From: Escherichia coli
GTDB lineage: Bacteria > Pseudomonadota > Gammaproteobacteria > Enterobacterales > Enterobacteriaceae
DNA: 64,000 nt
NCBI RefSeq assembly: GCF_041886205.1
Contig: NZ_CP169029.1
Reading direction: 5' to 3' (one strand)
The notes beneath the pieces were generated by a model. It saw only the letters and a list, made by a program, of their open reading frames with translations, was not told where the DNA came from and did not search any database. This document shows positions 41,471 through 51,382 of this stretch, piece after piece. Position numbers and translations under genes: made by a program. Numbering within the stretch: the stretch's first letter is position 1; the number at the start of each line of letters is the position of its first letter.

Positions 41471-41824
41471 TAGCGTCAAAAAAGCCCCGGCAAGTTTTAT
41501 TGTCGGGGCTATGATAGTAACTGCGGTAGTACATTTATCCCGGAAATAACCGGAGCGATTATCAGGGTTTAACAATATTAAATACCCGTAGCGCATTACT
41601 AGCGGGCCTAAAACAACAATATGGACATCTTAACGATACTCTGCGCCTGCGTGTGCGGAACAGAAACCCTTACCCGATATACTTGTTATGCCAGAGGTAG
41701 CAATTGCGTTAGCGGCGTACTGTTGCTGTAAAGTATAACGTCTATATTTTACAGTTCAGTCCTCTTTTGCTTATTACAACCTTAAGTATATCAAGCATAT
41801 AAAGATAATAAGAGACTGAACAAT

Positions 41825-43507
41825 ATGGTTACCTGGACCCAAATGTATATGCCAATGGGAGGACTGGGGCTATCCGCTCTGGTCGCCCTGATCCCGATAA
41901 TATTCTTCTTCGTTGCACTCGCGGTATTACGTCTGAAAGGACATGTCGCTGGAGCAATAACCCTTATATTATCTATCCTGATTGCAATATTCGCCTTTAA
42001 AATGCCGATTGATATGGCATTTGCTGCTGCGGGCTATGGCTTTATTTATGGATTATGGCCAATTGCGTGGATTATTGTCGCGGCGGTGTTCCTGTATAAA
42101 TTAACCGTTGCCAGCGGGCAGTTCGATATTATCCGCAGCTCGGTTATCTCCATCACCGACGATCAGCGTTTGCAGGTGTTACTGATTGGTTTCTCCTTTG
42201 GTGCGTTGCTGGAAGGAGCGGCTGGCTTTGGTGCTCCGGTGGCGATTACCGGTGCGCTGCTGGTGGGCCTGGGCTTCAAACCGTTATACGCGGCGGGGTT
42301 GTGTCTGATTGCCAACACTGCGCCAGTGGCGTTTGGTGCGTTGGGCGTGCCGATTCTGGTCGCCGGTCAGGTAACGGGAATCGATCCGTTCCACATTGGC
42401 GCAATGGCGGGACGCCAGTTACCGTTCCTGTCGGTTCTTGTGCCGTTCTGGCTGGTAGCAATGATGGACGGCTGGAAAGGGGTGAAAGAGACGTGGCCAG
42501 CGGCGCTGGTTGCTGGGGGAAGCTTTGCTGTCACTCAGTTCTTTACCTCTAACTATATTGGTCCGGAACTGCCGGATATTACTTCGGCGCTGGTGAGTAT
42601 CGTCTCACTCGCTTTATTCCTTAAAGTCTGGCGGCCGAAAAATACCGAAACGGCAATCAGCATGGGGCAATCCGCAGGTGCGATGGTGGTAAATAAGCCA
42701 TCTTCTGGCGGTCCCGTGCCTTCAGAATATAGTCTGGGGCAAATCATTCGTGCGTGGTCACCGTTTTTAATCTTAACGGTGCTGGTCACCATCTGGACCA
42801 TGAAGCCGTTTAAAGCGTTATTTGCTCCGGGCGGCGCGTTTTATTCACTGGTGATTAATTTCCAGATCCCTCATTTGCATCAACAAGTGTTGAAAGCGGC
42901 ACCCATTGTCGCCCAACCAACGCCAATGGATGCGGTGTTTAAATTCGACCCTCTCTCGGCTGGCGGCACCGCTATTTTTATTGCGGCGATTATCTCTATC
43001 TCCATCCTCGGTGTTGGGATCAAGAAAGGTATTGGCGTCTTTGCCGAAACGCTAATTAGCTTGAAGTGGCCGATACTGTCGATTGGCATGGTGCTGGCGT
43101 TCGCCTTCGTCACCAACTATTCTGGCATGTCCACCACGCTGGCGCTGGTACTGGCAGGTACAGGCGTGATGTTCCCGTTCTTCTCACCGTTTCTCGGCTG
43201 GCTGGGCGTATTCCTTACCGGCTCGGACACCTCCTCTAACGCCCTGTTTGGTTCACTGCAATCGACCACGGCGCAGCAAATCAACGTCTCTGACACTCTG
43301 CTGGTGGCAGCAAATACCAGCGGCGGCGTAACTGGCAAGATGATCTCCCCGCAATCTATCGCCGTGGCCTGCGCCGCGACGGGCATGGTGGGCCGGGAAT
43401 CTGAACTGTTCCGCTACACCGTGAAGCACAGTCTGATTTTTGCCAGCGTTATCGGCATTATCACGCTGTTGCAGGCGTATGTGTTTACCGGGATGTTGGT
43501 AAGTTAA
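41825..43507 (+). CDS. glcA: Glycolate/lactate:H+ permease GlcA (560 aa)
   Basis: [39 protein letters not shown]... LctP family. Confidence 0.96.
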   Translation: MVTWTQMYMPMGGLGLSALVALIPIIFFFVALAVLRLKGHVAGAITLILSILIAIFAFKMPIDMAFAAAGYGFIYGLWPIAWIIVAAVFLYKLTVASGQFDIIRSSVISITDDQRLQVLLIGFSFGALLEGAAGFGAPVAITGALLVGLGFKPLYAAGLCLIANTAPVAFGALGVPILVAGQVTGIDPFHIGAMAGRQLPFLSVLVPFWLVAMMDGWKGVKETWPAALVAGGSFAVTQFFTSNYIGPELPDITSALVSIVSLALFLKVWRPKNTETAISMGQSAGAMVVNKPSSGGPVPSEYSLGQIIRAWSPFLILTVLVTIWTMKPFKALFAPGGAFYSLVINFQIPHLHQQVLKAAPIVAQPTPMDAVFKFDPLSAGGTAIFIAAIISISILGVGIKKGIGVFAETLISLKWPILSIGMVLAFAFVTNYSGMSTTLALVLAGTGVMFPFFSPFLGWLGVFLTGSDTSSNALFGSLQSTTAQQINVSDTLLVAANTSGGVTGKMISPQSIAVACAATGMVGRESELFRYTVKHSLIFASVIGIITLLQAYVFTGMLVS

Positions 43508-43533
43508 TAGAATAGTTATGCCTGACGTTAATA

Positions 43534-43570
43534 CAAACCCAGTCTATCAGACTGGGTTTGTTAGTATTTC
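43534..43570 (+). terminator. Rho-independent terminator of glcA
   Basis: Perfect 12-bp stem CAAACCCAGTCT (43534-43545), loop ATC, AGACTGGGTTTG (43549-43560), followed by a T-rich tail TTAGTATTT. Confidence 0.65.
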
Positions 43571-43815
43571 CGATATCAGACAGGGAAAATGCCTGGTCAG
43601 AAATGGGGCGTAATTCGGTTTTCTCAAAAAAGTAAAAAACGCCTTGTGGGCGGGGGATTATCTTACGACATGTAATTTGTTCCATACTTTTAAACTCCCC
43701 ATTGTTATGAAGTAAAGGCGTTATCTTTTTATCCGTTCAAACTTTAGCTCAAATTTGTAGCATGCAGATTCCGGTATTTTTCCTGATACCAGAAAAAAGT
43801 CACTGGAGGAAAGGT

Positions 43816-43831
43816 TGTGATAAAAATCACA
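43816..43831. promoter_or_regulatory. Candidate CRP-cAMP site (TGTGA-N6-TCACA) upstream of the jet operon
   Basis: TGTGATAAAAATCACA has both consensus half-sites perfect with the correct 6-nt spacer. Its centre lies about 96 nt upstream of the jetA ATG. Confidence 0.45.
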
Positions 43832-43919
43832 AATTAAGTCAGGTTACTGGAGATAAAGTCTGCAACAGAGAATTATCGTAGTCTGTGTACCTCAACCAGT
43901 ATTTTAAAGGCTCTGTTAC

Positions 43920-45416
43920 ATGGAAGAAAACACAAGGCAGCGTACAGAAAATTATATTTCAGCAAAAAACCAGCATCCCGCCTGGATACTCCTTGCCACT
44001 CGCCGTGCTCCACTGGTATTGAGTTGCCTGAAAACGCTTTTTGAAAAATCACATGATGGCATTCCCCTTGAGGAAGCTATTCAGTCTCTTTCCAGTATTC
44101 TCATTGAGCATGTGAGTCAGGAACAGTATGACATTAATCAGGACAATCCATTTCTTCAGGCCAGTCGTGAACTGCGGGAGTGGATTAAACGCCGTTTAAT
44201 TGTCGAACGGGATGGCCGTATTTTTGCTACCGATGCGCTTGAGGTCGCGATTACGTTTGTAGAGTCTCTGGATAATCGTTTTATGACCTCTACGGCTTCC
44301 CGTTTGTCCACCGTTCAGCGAGAAATTGAAAACCTGGAAACACGGCTTAATCCTAACCCGGCAAACCGGGTTGCAACCTTACGTCGTCGTATTTCTGAAC
44401 TGGAACGCGAACTACAGGAGGCAGAAGCCGGGCATATTGAGGTGCTGGAAACGCACCAGGCGGTTGAGCATATTCGTGAGGTCTACAATTTAGCTTCCAG
44501 CCTGCGGGCTGACTTTCGTCGTGTTGAAGACTCCTGGCGTGAGGCTGACCGCGCTCTTCGCCAATCCATTATTGGTGAGCAATATCATCGCGGCGATATA
44601 GTAGAACGCCTGCTCAACGATCAGGACGCGCTGCTTAATACGCCGGAAGGAAGAGTTTTCGACAGCTTTCAGCAACAGCTCCGTCAATCTTCTGAACTTA
44701 AAGCGATGAGTGAACGATTACGTGTGATCCTTAGCCATCCTTCTGCTTCTGATGCGCTTAACCGTCTACAGCGTCACGATCTGCGCTGGCTGGTTAAACG
44801 TCTGGTCGATGAATCGCAAACTGTCCTCCAGGCTCGCGCCCGTAGCGAGCGTGATGTCCGTGGTTTCATGAAAACCGGTCTTGCTGCTGAACATCATCGT
44901 GTTGGTCATTTGCTTAATGAGTTTCTGAATCTGGCGTTAAAACTCGACTGGCAGCGCCAGATGATTCGTAAACAAGAGGTGCCGCTACCTGCCGTTGGTG
45001 TGGCGGTAACAGGCATCCCCGCTATTGAACGTTTACGTTTTAAAGAGGTGGATGATGAAGCAGAGCAGACGTTGGATCTCAGTAATCATGCGGCGGATTT
45101 AACGCAGATTGGCGATGATTTCTGGGATGCCTTCAATGGCCTCGATCGTGAGGTGTTGATTCAGCAGACGTTGCAGCTTCTTGCAAAAGAAAATCGCCCC
45201 GTTGGCCTGGCTGAACTGGCGGCGCTGTTACCCCCGGCTCACGATCTCGAAACATTCGCCGTCTGGATTGGTATGGCAAGAGAAGCGGGTATTGAGGTTA
45301 TTGATTCACAGCGTGAATTTGCAGAGCTTAGTGATGGGGAAGGTCGCCGCTGGCGATTTAATCTGCCCACCACCGGTCTGGAAAGTCAGGCATTAATGGA
45401 TATCGATTGGGAGTAA
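43920..45416 (+). CDS. jetA: Wadjet JetA (DUF3375-like, kleisin-like subunit, 498 aa)
   Basis: First gene of a 4-gene coupled operon. Helical protein of matching size, in the position of JetA/MksF-like DUF3375 proteins. Confidence 0.8.
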   Translation: MEENTRQRTENYISAKNQHPAWILLATRRAPLVLSCLKTLFEKSHDGIPLEEAIQSLSSILIEHVSQEQYDINQDNPFLQASRELREWIKRRLIVERDGRIFATDALEVAITFVESLDNRFMTSTASRLSTVQREIENLETRLNPNPANRVATLRRRISELERELQEAEAGHIEVLETHQAVEHIREVYNLASSLRADFRRVEDSWREADRALRQSIIGEQYHRGDIVERLLNDQDALLNTPEGRVFDSFQQQLRQSSELKAMSERLRVILSHPSASDALNRLQRHDLRWLVKRLVDESQTVLQARARSERDVRGFMKTGLAAEHHRVGHLLNEFLNLALKLDWQRQMIRKQEVPLPAVGVAVTGIPAIERLRFKEVDDEAEQTLDLSNHAADLTQIGDDFWDAFNGLDREVLIQQTLQLLAKENRPVGLAELAALLPPAHDLETFAVWIGMAREAGIEVIDSQREFAELSDGEGRRWRFNLPTTGLESQALMDIDWE

Positions 45417-45421
45417 CAGGT

Positions 45422-46171
45422 ATGACGGGCTTTTTTGACAGGCTGATTAACCGGAGCGTTACCGCAAATGCAGGCTGTGAACCAGAACCATCGGATGAGG
45501 AGGTTACCGATGAGTCGGTTGAAGAAAGTTTGGCCAGTAGTGAAACGCGGACGCTAAAAAAAATACGTGAAGCGACTCAGGAATTGCTCAAATACGGCCT
45601 GCTGGAAGAGGCCAGTAAGCCCAATCTGTACCGCATCGTACTGAGCCATCCTGAAGAGGTTACTCGTATTCTGGAGCCTCTCGATCTGGATATCGGCATT
45701 GATGAGATCCGTGGCCTGCTGTATGTCAAAGTCAGGCTTGATGAAACGCCTGCGCAGGATGAATGGGCCCACCCTCTGGTGAGGCGGCAACGACTAAACC
45801 TGGAACAATCTTTATTAGTTGCCATACTGCGCCAACATTTTGTGGCCTGGGAGCAGGAAAGCGGAACCGGTGCCAGTCAGGCACAGATCGCCATCGATGA
45901 TCTTCTCCCTCAACTCCAGATTTATCTTGGCGACCCGGGCAGTGAATCAAAAGAACGCACCCGATTGCTTACCCTGCTGGATCAATTAAAGGGGCATGGG
46001 CTGGTGACGTCGCCGGATGCACATGAGCGGATCGTCATCCGTCCGATCATTGCTCATCTTGCCGATCCGATCAATCTTCAGGCATTACTGGCATGGCTGC
46101 GAGAGCAAATTGCCCAGCAAACCTCTCCAAATGACGCGCGAGAAAAGGATAGCAGCGAGGAGGACGTATGA
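45422..46171 (+). CDS. jetB: Wadjet JetB (DUF4194-like, MksE/KITE-like subunit, 249 aa)
   Basis: Sits in ORF 45407..46171. ATG at 45422, 8 nt after a GGAG. Acidic N- and C-terminal tails (EPEPSDEEVTDESVEESL, DSSEEDV). Ends in an ATGA overlap with jetC. Confidence 0.8.
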   Translation: MTGFFDRLINRSVTANAGCEPEPSDEEVTDESVEESLASSETRTLKKIREATQELLKYGLLEEASKPNLYRIVLSHPEEVTRILEPLDLDIGIDEIRGLLYVKVRLDETPAQDEWAHPLVRRQRLNLEQSLLVAILRQHFVAWEQESGTGASQAQIAIDDLLPQLQIYLGDPGSESKERTRLLTLLDQLKGHGLVTSPDAHERIVIRPIIAHLADPINLQALLAWLREQIAQQTSPNDAREKDSSEEDV

Positions 46172-49100
46172 ATCAGGTATCTGGCCTGGCTGGAAAGGAA
46201 TCTTTCATTCTTACCCGTATTGAGTTGTTCAACTGGGGCGGTTTTCATGGATTGCATCAGGCAGCAATCCATCAGGATGGTACCGCCGTTATTGGCCCAA
46301 CCGGGAGCGGAAAAACAACGTTGGTCGATGCCCTGATGACTCTGCTTTGTGCCAATCCTCGCTACAATCTGGCCTCAACTGGCGGGCATGAAAGCGACAG
46401 GGATCTTATCTCTTACGTCCGCGGCGTATCCGGTCCTGGCGATGGCGGTGAAGGGCAATCGCATATTGCCAGACCAGGTAAAACCGTGACAGGTATTGCT
46501 GCTACGCTGGAGCGCGAAGGAAAACAGGTCCGTCTGGGGGCGTTATTGTGGTTTGATTCCACCAGTTCCAGCGTGACGGATATGAAAAGGCTCTGGCTGT
46601 TCAGCGATAATCCCGGGCAGACGCTGGAGCATTGGCTAAACGTTTACCATGAGGGAGGTACACGTTTGCTCCGACAGATGGAAAAAGAAGCCATCGGGCT
46701 CTGGACATACCCGAATAAAAAGCAGTATCTGGCGCGCCTGCGGGATTTCTTCGAGGTGGGGGAAAACGCGTTTACGTTGTTAAACCGGGCGGCAGGGTTA
46801 AAACAACTCAACAGTATTGATGAGATTTTTCGCGAGCTGGTGTTAGACGATCACTCCGCCTTTGATCGCGCGGCTGAAGTGGCCAATAGTTTTGATGGTC
46901 TGACTGAGATTCATCAGGAACTGGAAACCGCTCGCAAACAACAGCAGTCTTTACAACCTGTCGCCCTGAGCTGGGAGAAGTACCAAAAGCAAGAGCGTCA
47001 ACTGGCTGACTGGCAGACGCTGGAATCGCTGTTACCCCTCTGGTTTGCACAACAGGCAAACCACCTCTGGCGGGAAAAGATTAACCTTCTTAACGCAAGG
47101 CTCGCTGAGGCACAAACCAGCGAAGAACAGCTCCAGTCACAGCTTGATTTGCAAAAAAAGGTGGTTAGCGACTGTATGCAGCGTTATCTCCAGGTCGGCG
47201 GTGCCAATATTGATGAACTGAACGAGCGTATCAAGGACTGGCAAAAAACGCTCGGCAGTCGAGAGGCATTGGCGCGTCAATATCAACAGCTGACCCGTAA
47301 CCTTGGATTGCCGTCTGATCTGATCCAACCACAGCTGGAGGCGAATCAGCATGAAGCCGCGGCCCTATGTGAGCAGATCGCCGTTGATATAAAGTTGAAA
47401 CAGGAAGAAGCGTATCAAAAAGGTGCGCTTAGCCATCACATTACCGAAGAGCTTCGGGAACGGGAAAATGAACGCGCCGAGATCGCGCGTCGTCCGGATT
47501 CTAACCTTCCCGCACATTATCAGGCGTTTCGTAGCGAGCTGGCAAAAGCGTTGAACGTGGATGAGTCTGAACTGCCTTTCGTCGCTGAACTGATACAGGT
47601 TAAACCGGAAGAGGCGCAATGGCGCGGTGCGATTGAGCGTGCTGTCGGGAGTAACAGGCTGCGTATTCTGGTTGCGCCTGAATCGGCACAGGAAGCGCTG
47701 CGCTGGGTAAATCAGCGCAACAACCGTCTGCATGTGCGGCTACTGGAGGTCAAATTACCGCACTCTCCCGCCCGGTTCTTCGACGATGGCTTTACCCGCA
47801 AGCTGTTGTGGAAAGATCATCCGTGGCGAGAGGCCGTCAAAGCATTACTGGCCGAAAGCGACAGGCATTGTGTTGACAGCCCTGAACAACTGCGTGACAC
47901 GCCTCATGCTATGACGGTGCAGGGATTAATGTCTGGTAAACAGCGTTTTTATGACAAGCATGATCAGAAACGCCTTGATGAAGACTGGCTGACGGGATTC
48001 GATAACCGCGATCGCCTGAACTTCCTTGCTAAAGAAATTACCACGCTTCAGGAGCAGGTTAAAACCGCAAACGCGGCATTTGAGTTTGCGAAAGGCGAGG
48101 TGGGGATTTTGCAAAATCAGGCTGCTTCCTTCCAGAAAATAGAACAAATTGATTTCGATAGCATCGATGTTCCCGGCGCGAAGAGCCAACTGGACGCGCT
48201 CAGGGAGCGGCTGGAAAATCTGACCCGCCCGGATTCTGACGCCAGTGTAGCGAAAGCAAAACTTGATGAGGCTCAAACGGTTGAATCTGAACTCGATAAG
48301 CAGCTCAGAGCTGCCAATAAAGTCACTAACGTGCTGGATACAGAACTCACATCAGCCCGTGCCGCGGAACGTAAGGCCCAGCAAACTGCACAACAAGGTA
48401 TGAAGGAAGAAGAGCGAGAGTTGTGCGCGTCACATTTTCCAGTGGTGACTTTGGAGCAATTGCCTGACATTCGCGATTTAGAACGTCAACATGAGCGGGG
48501 AATTCAGCATGAAATTGAAAGAGTTAAAGCTGAACTACATCGACTGAACATTGAGTTGACCAAACGTATGTCTGAAGCCAAACGTGTGGATACCGGGGCG
48601 CTCGTTGAGGCAGGGACTGATTTGGACGATATTACTGTTTATTTACAGCGTTTGCAGGAACTGACCGAAGAAGCCCTGCCGGAAAAGCTCAATCGCTTCC
48701 TTGATTATCTTAACCGTTCATCCGATGACGGCGTAACACAACTGCTTAGCCATATTGAGCATGAGGTGCTGGTGATTGAGGAGCGCCTCAATGAACTCAA
48801 TGAAACTATGTTCAGGGTTGATTTTCAGCCGTATCGCTACCTGCGTCTGGATACCAAAAAAGTTGTCCATGAAAGCCTGCGCACGCTTGAAAAAGCACAG
48901 CGTCAGCTAAATGCCGCCCGATTTGTTGATGATAATGGCGAGAGCCATTATAAGGCTTTGCAGATACTGGTGGCGCAATTGCGGGATGCTTGTGAACGAA
49001 ACCGTACCCTGGGAGCAAAAGCGCTACTGGATCCCCGTTTTCGACTGGAGTTCGCCGTATCGGTGATGGATCGTCAGAGCGGAAATGTGATTGAGTCTCG

Positions 49101-49455
49101 TACCGGCTCACAGGGTGGTAGCGGTGGAGAAAAAGAGATTATCGCTTCTTACGTGTTAACAGCTTCACTTAGCTACGCACTTTGTCCTGCGGGGAGCCGT
49201 TATCCGCTTTTCGGTACCATTATCCTTGATGAAGCCTTCTCCCGCAGTTCTCATGCGGTGGCGGGTAGGATCATTGCCGCGCTTAGAGAATTTGGCTTAC
49301 ATGCAGTATTTATCACCCCCAATAAGGAAATGCGCCTGCTGCGTGACCATACTCGTTCGGCGATTGTTGTCCACCGGCGCGGTCAGAATTCCAATATGGC
49401 TTCTCTGAGCTGGGAAGAGCTTGAACGACACTACCAGCGACGGGGGAACGCGTAG
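46168..49455 (+). CDS. jetC: Wadjet JetC (SMC/MukB-like ABC ATPase, 1095 aa)
   Basis: Walker A GPTGSGKTT (nt 46294-46320). About 800 aa of E/Q/L/R-rich coiled coil. C-terminal signature-like GGSGGEKE and Walker B TIILDEAF. Confidence 0.88.
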   Translation: MNQVSGLAGKESFILTRIELFNWGGFHGLHQAAIHQDGTAVIGPTGSGKTTLVDALMTLLCANPRYNLASTGGHESDRDLISYVRGVSGPGDGGEGQSHIARPGKTVTGIAATLEREGKQVRLGALLWFDSTSSSVTDMKRLWLFSDNPGQTLEHWLNVYHEGGTRLLRQMEKEAIGLWTYPNKKQYLARLRDFFEVGENAFTLLNRAAGLKQLNSIDEIFRELVLDDHSAFDRAAEVANSFDGLTEIHQELETARKQQQSLQPVALSWEKYQKQERQLADWQTLESLLPLWFAQQANHLWREKINLLNARLAEAQTSEEQLQSQLDLQKKVVSDCMQRYLQVGGANIDELNERIKDWQKTLGSREALARQYQQLTRNLGLPSDLIQPQLEANQHEAAALCEQIAVDIKLKQEEAYQKGALSHHITEELRERENERAEIARRPDSNLPAHYQAFRSELAKALNVDESELPFVAELIQVKPEEAQWRGAIERAVGSNRLRILVAPESAQEALRWVNQRNNRLHVRLLEVKLPHSPARFFDDGFTRKLLWKDHPWREAVKALLAESDRHCVDSPEQLRDTPHAMTVQGLMSGKQRFYDKHDQKRLDEDWLTGFDNRDRLNFLAKEITTLQEQVKTANAAFEFAKGEVGILQNQAASFQKIEQIDFDSIDVPGAKSQLDALRERLENLTRPDSDASVAKAKLDEAQTVESELDKQLRAANKVTNVLDTELTSARAAERKAQQTAQQGMKEEERELCASHFPVVTLEQLPDIRDLERQHERGIQHEIERVKAELHRLNIELTKRMSEAKRVDTGALVEAGTDLDDITVYLQRLQELTEEALPEKLNRFLDYLNRSSDDGVTQLLSHIEHEVLVIEERLNELNETMFRVDFQPYRYLRLDTKKVVHESLRTLEKAQRQLNAARFVDDNGESHYKALQILVAQLRDACERNRTLGAKALLDPRFRLEFAVSVMDRQSGNVIESRTGSQGGSGGEKEIIASYVLTASLSYALCPAGSRYPLFGTIILDEAFSRSSHAVAGRIIAALREFGLHAVFITPNKEMRLLRDHTRSAIVVHRRGQNSNMASLSWEELERHYQRRGNA

Positions 49456-49456
49456 G

Positions 49457-50605
49457 ATGTATTCCCCAGATGAATTGCGTGAAAAGCTTGCCCGGCAGTG
49501 GGATAGCGCAAAACTTCGGGCTGAACGCTTACTGTCCCCCGGTAACTGGCCGCTCTGCCTGCCTATTGGTAAACCTTCCACGAAAATATTTGCAGAGCAG
49601 ACTCAGCGCGTTTTGCAGCACGTACAGCGATGGAGGCAAGTTGCGGTTGGGCACGTGGAATGGGAAGCGGTGAGTTATCGGGCAAGTGATACATCAGTAT
49701 TAATGCCGTTGCGCTGGATTCTGAATAGCCCTTCTGAGTGGATCAACGCCGCTGCGGATCCGGTTGTGAGCCGGGAATTTCGCTTGCTGGAAGGAATTAT
49801 TGAACAAGTTAATCCCATTTTTCACCCGCTGTTGGTAAAGCATCGCTCTCTCTGGCGGCACAAAGATCCGCAGGGCGTCATCAGCGCCGCCACGCTGGCC
49901 TGCCGATTAGAGCCGGGCTGCGCAAAAGGGCTGCCGTTAAGATTGCTTTCCGGGCAAGGAGTGGATACCAAATTTATCGAGAATAATATTTCGTTATTAA
50001 CCCGACTGTTAGACGTGCGGTTTTCAGGAGAAGCCAGCGAGCAGGGATTAACAACTTTTCTTGATGCTTTTGATGAGTCCAGTCACTGGGTTTTAGTTGT
50101 ACCATTATCACCCGGCTTACTTCCTTTTAAAAAATGCCGGGTAACAACGGCGGAACTGGCAGAAACAACATTACCTGCGTCGCAAGTACTGGTGGTTGAA
50201 AATGAGCAGTGTCTGCATCATCTTCCAGCATTATCTGACACTATCGCGATTTTAGGCTGTGGCCTGGACGTGCAATGGCTATCCAGTTCTGTTCTGGATG
50301 AAAAACGCGTTGCTTATTGGGGGGACATGGATAGCTGGGGATTACTGATGCTGGCGAGAGCCAGGCGCTGTCGTCCGACGCTTGATGCCCTGCTCATGAA
50401 CCGTGAGTTGTTTGAGCAGTATGCCAGTCATAGCGCCGTTCCAGAACCGGTCATAGCGAAGGAAGCTGTACCTGATGGCTTGCTTAACGAAGAGGCCGAT
50501 TTTTATCGCTACTTAACCCGTTTACCGTGTGGTCGTCTGGAGCAGGAGTTTTTGCCAGTGGGGATTGCGGAAGAGGTGCTTCTCAGGTGGGGAAAAGAGA
50601 GTTAA
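49457..50605 (+). CDS. jetD: Wadjet JetD (DUF3322/DUF2220-like Toprim nuclease subunit, 382 aa)
   Basis: Sits in ORF 49421..50605. ATG at 49457, 1 nt after the jetC TAG. C-terminal Toprim signature: VVENEQ (around nt 50197) and YWGDMDSWG (DxD, around nt 50331-50351). Confidence 0.85.
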   Translation: MYSPDELREKLARQWDSAKLRAERLLSPGNWPLCLPIGKPSTKIFAEQTQRVLQHVQRWRQVAVGHVEWEAVSYRASDTSVLMPLRWILNSPSEWINAAADPVVSREFRLLEGIIEQVNPIFHPLLVKHRSLWRHKDPQGVISAATLACRLEPGCAKGLPLRLLSGQGVDTKFIENNISLLTRLLDVRFSGEASEQGLTTFLDAFDESSHWVLVVPLSPGLLPFKKCRVTTAELAETTLPASQVLVVENEQCLHHLPALSDTIAILGCGLDVQWLSSSVLDEKRVAYWGDMDSWGLLMLARARRCRPTLDALLMNRELFEQYASHSAVPEPVIAKEAVPDGLLNEEADFYRYLTRLPCGRLEQEFLPVGIAEEVLLRWGKES

Positions 50606-50963
50606 AAAAGTCATGCTTGCTCTGGAAGGTTATTTACGCGGTATTTTGTAGTGGTTGTTGCGAAAGTCTGCGTTGATGGTCCTGATACCTTACCGGGTAG
50701 AGGGACTTTCCATCAGTCAGTTTAGATACTGTGGCAACTGTCGCCTTTAGGTGGACAAATGCATAAATTATTAAACTATTAAATTTCTTGTTTTCAGGCA
50801 GCAGAGAGAAGGTATATCAGAGGGTACTGAGGTGTATAAACGTCACGAACATCCGTGAAAAGGCGAAAAAAACCAGCCAATAGATAATGCTTTGCAATGG
50901 CCAGAAATCTACCGTAGCCAGAAAGTGAAAAAGCCCCGCTTTGCAGCGAGGCCTTATGAATAG

Positions 50964-50985
50964 TGGTGCCGGACTCGGAATCGAA
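50964..50985 (-). other. tRNA-Phe 3'-end fragment: distal att repeat of a pheV/pheU-type genomic island
   Basis: The minus strand reads TTCGATTCCGAGTCCGGCACCA. The E. coli tRNA-Phe 3' end is TTCGATTCCGAGTCCGGGCACCA, so the fragment matches over all 22 nt and lacks one G of the 23-nt tRNA end. No upstream tRNA body is present. Confidence 0.8.
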
Positions 50986-51382
50986 GAATGCTTCTATCAT
51001 GTTGATATTATTTTATTTTGTTTGGTTTGGTGAAATATGTACCCTCTTTTGTACCCGCAGTCCCTTTTGATATCGAAAGGGAATCAAACTCGGGGTCAGG
51101 CTGAGAGCACAGAAGGAAAGTGCCTGGCTATTATATCGTTAATTCTGTCAATCAGCTCCAGCCTTTTGAAAGTGATGTGTGCAGATCCACCCTTCTTAAA
51201 GTATTTAATGATGAACATCTCATCTTCATAGCGTCCTTTACCCTGAACGGACTGTATGTGGTCATCCAGATTAATGGTGATATTCCCTCGGTTGTCGGGG
51301 ATCGGTTTACCGCTGAGCAGATGCAACATTCTTTCCAGGTCAGCCAGGCGATCTGCCTGCATTCCACTGATAAGATGAAATC

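Noticed and set aside
41471-41824. 354-bp glcB-glcA intergenic region with a weak hairpin (AGCCCCG...CGGGGCT at 41483-41510).
   Set aside because: The hairpin lacks a T tract and glcA is co-transcribed with glcDEFGB in E. coli. I could not support a terminator, promoter or sRNA call from the sequence alone.
43485-43685. 66-aa minus-strand ORF just after glcA.
   Set aside because: It overlaps the glcA stop and runs through the glcA terminator hairpin. It has no recognisable family and low-complexity AT-rich codons, so it is probably non-coding.
43573-43919. Search for a second tRNA-Phe-derived direct repeat that would bound the jet operon as its own island.
   Set aside because: Only a 7-nt match (GATTCCG near 43770) was found, which is not significant. 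The left boundary of the jet insertion therefore remains undefined.
50794-51000. 68-aa minus-strand ORF between jetD and the DUF4942 remnant.
   Set aside because: It spans the tRNA-Phe 3' att fragment (50964-50985) and a terminator-like hairpin around 50925-50950. It is most likely a chance ORF in island-junction DNA.
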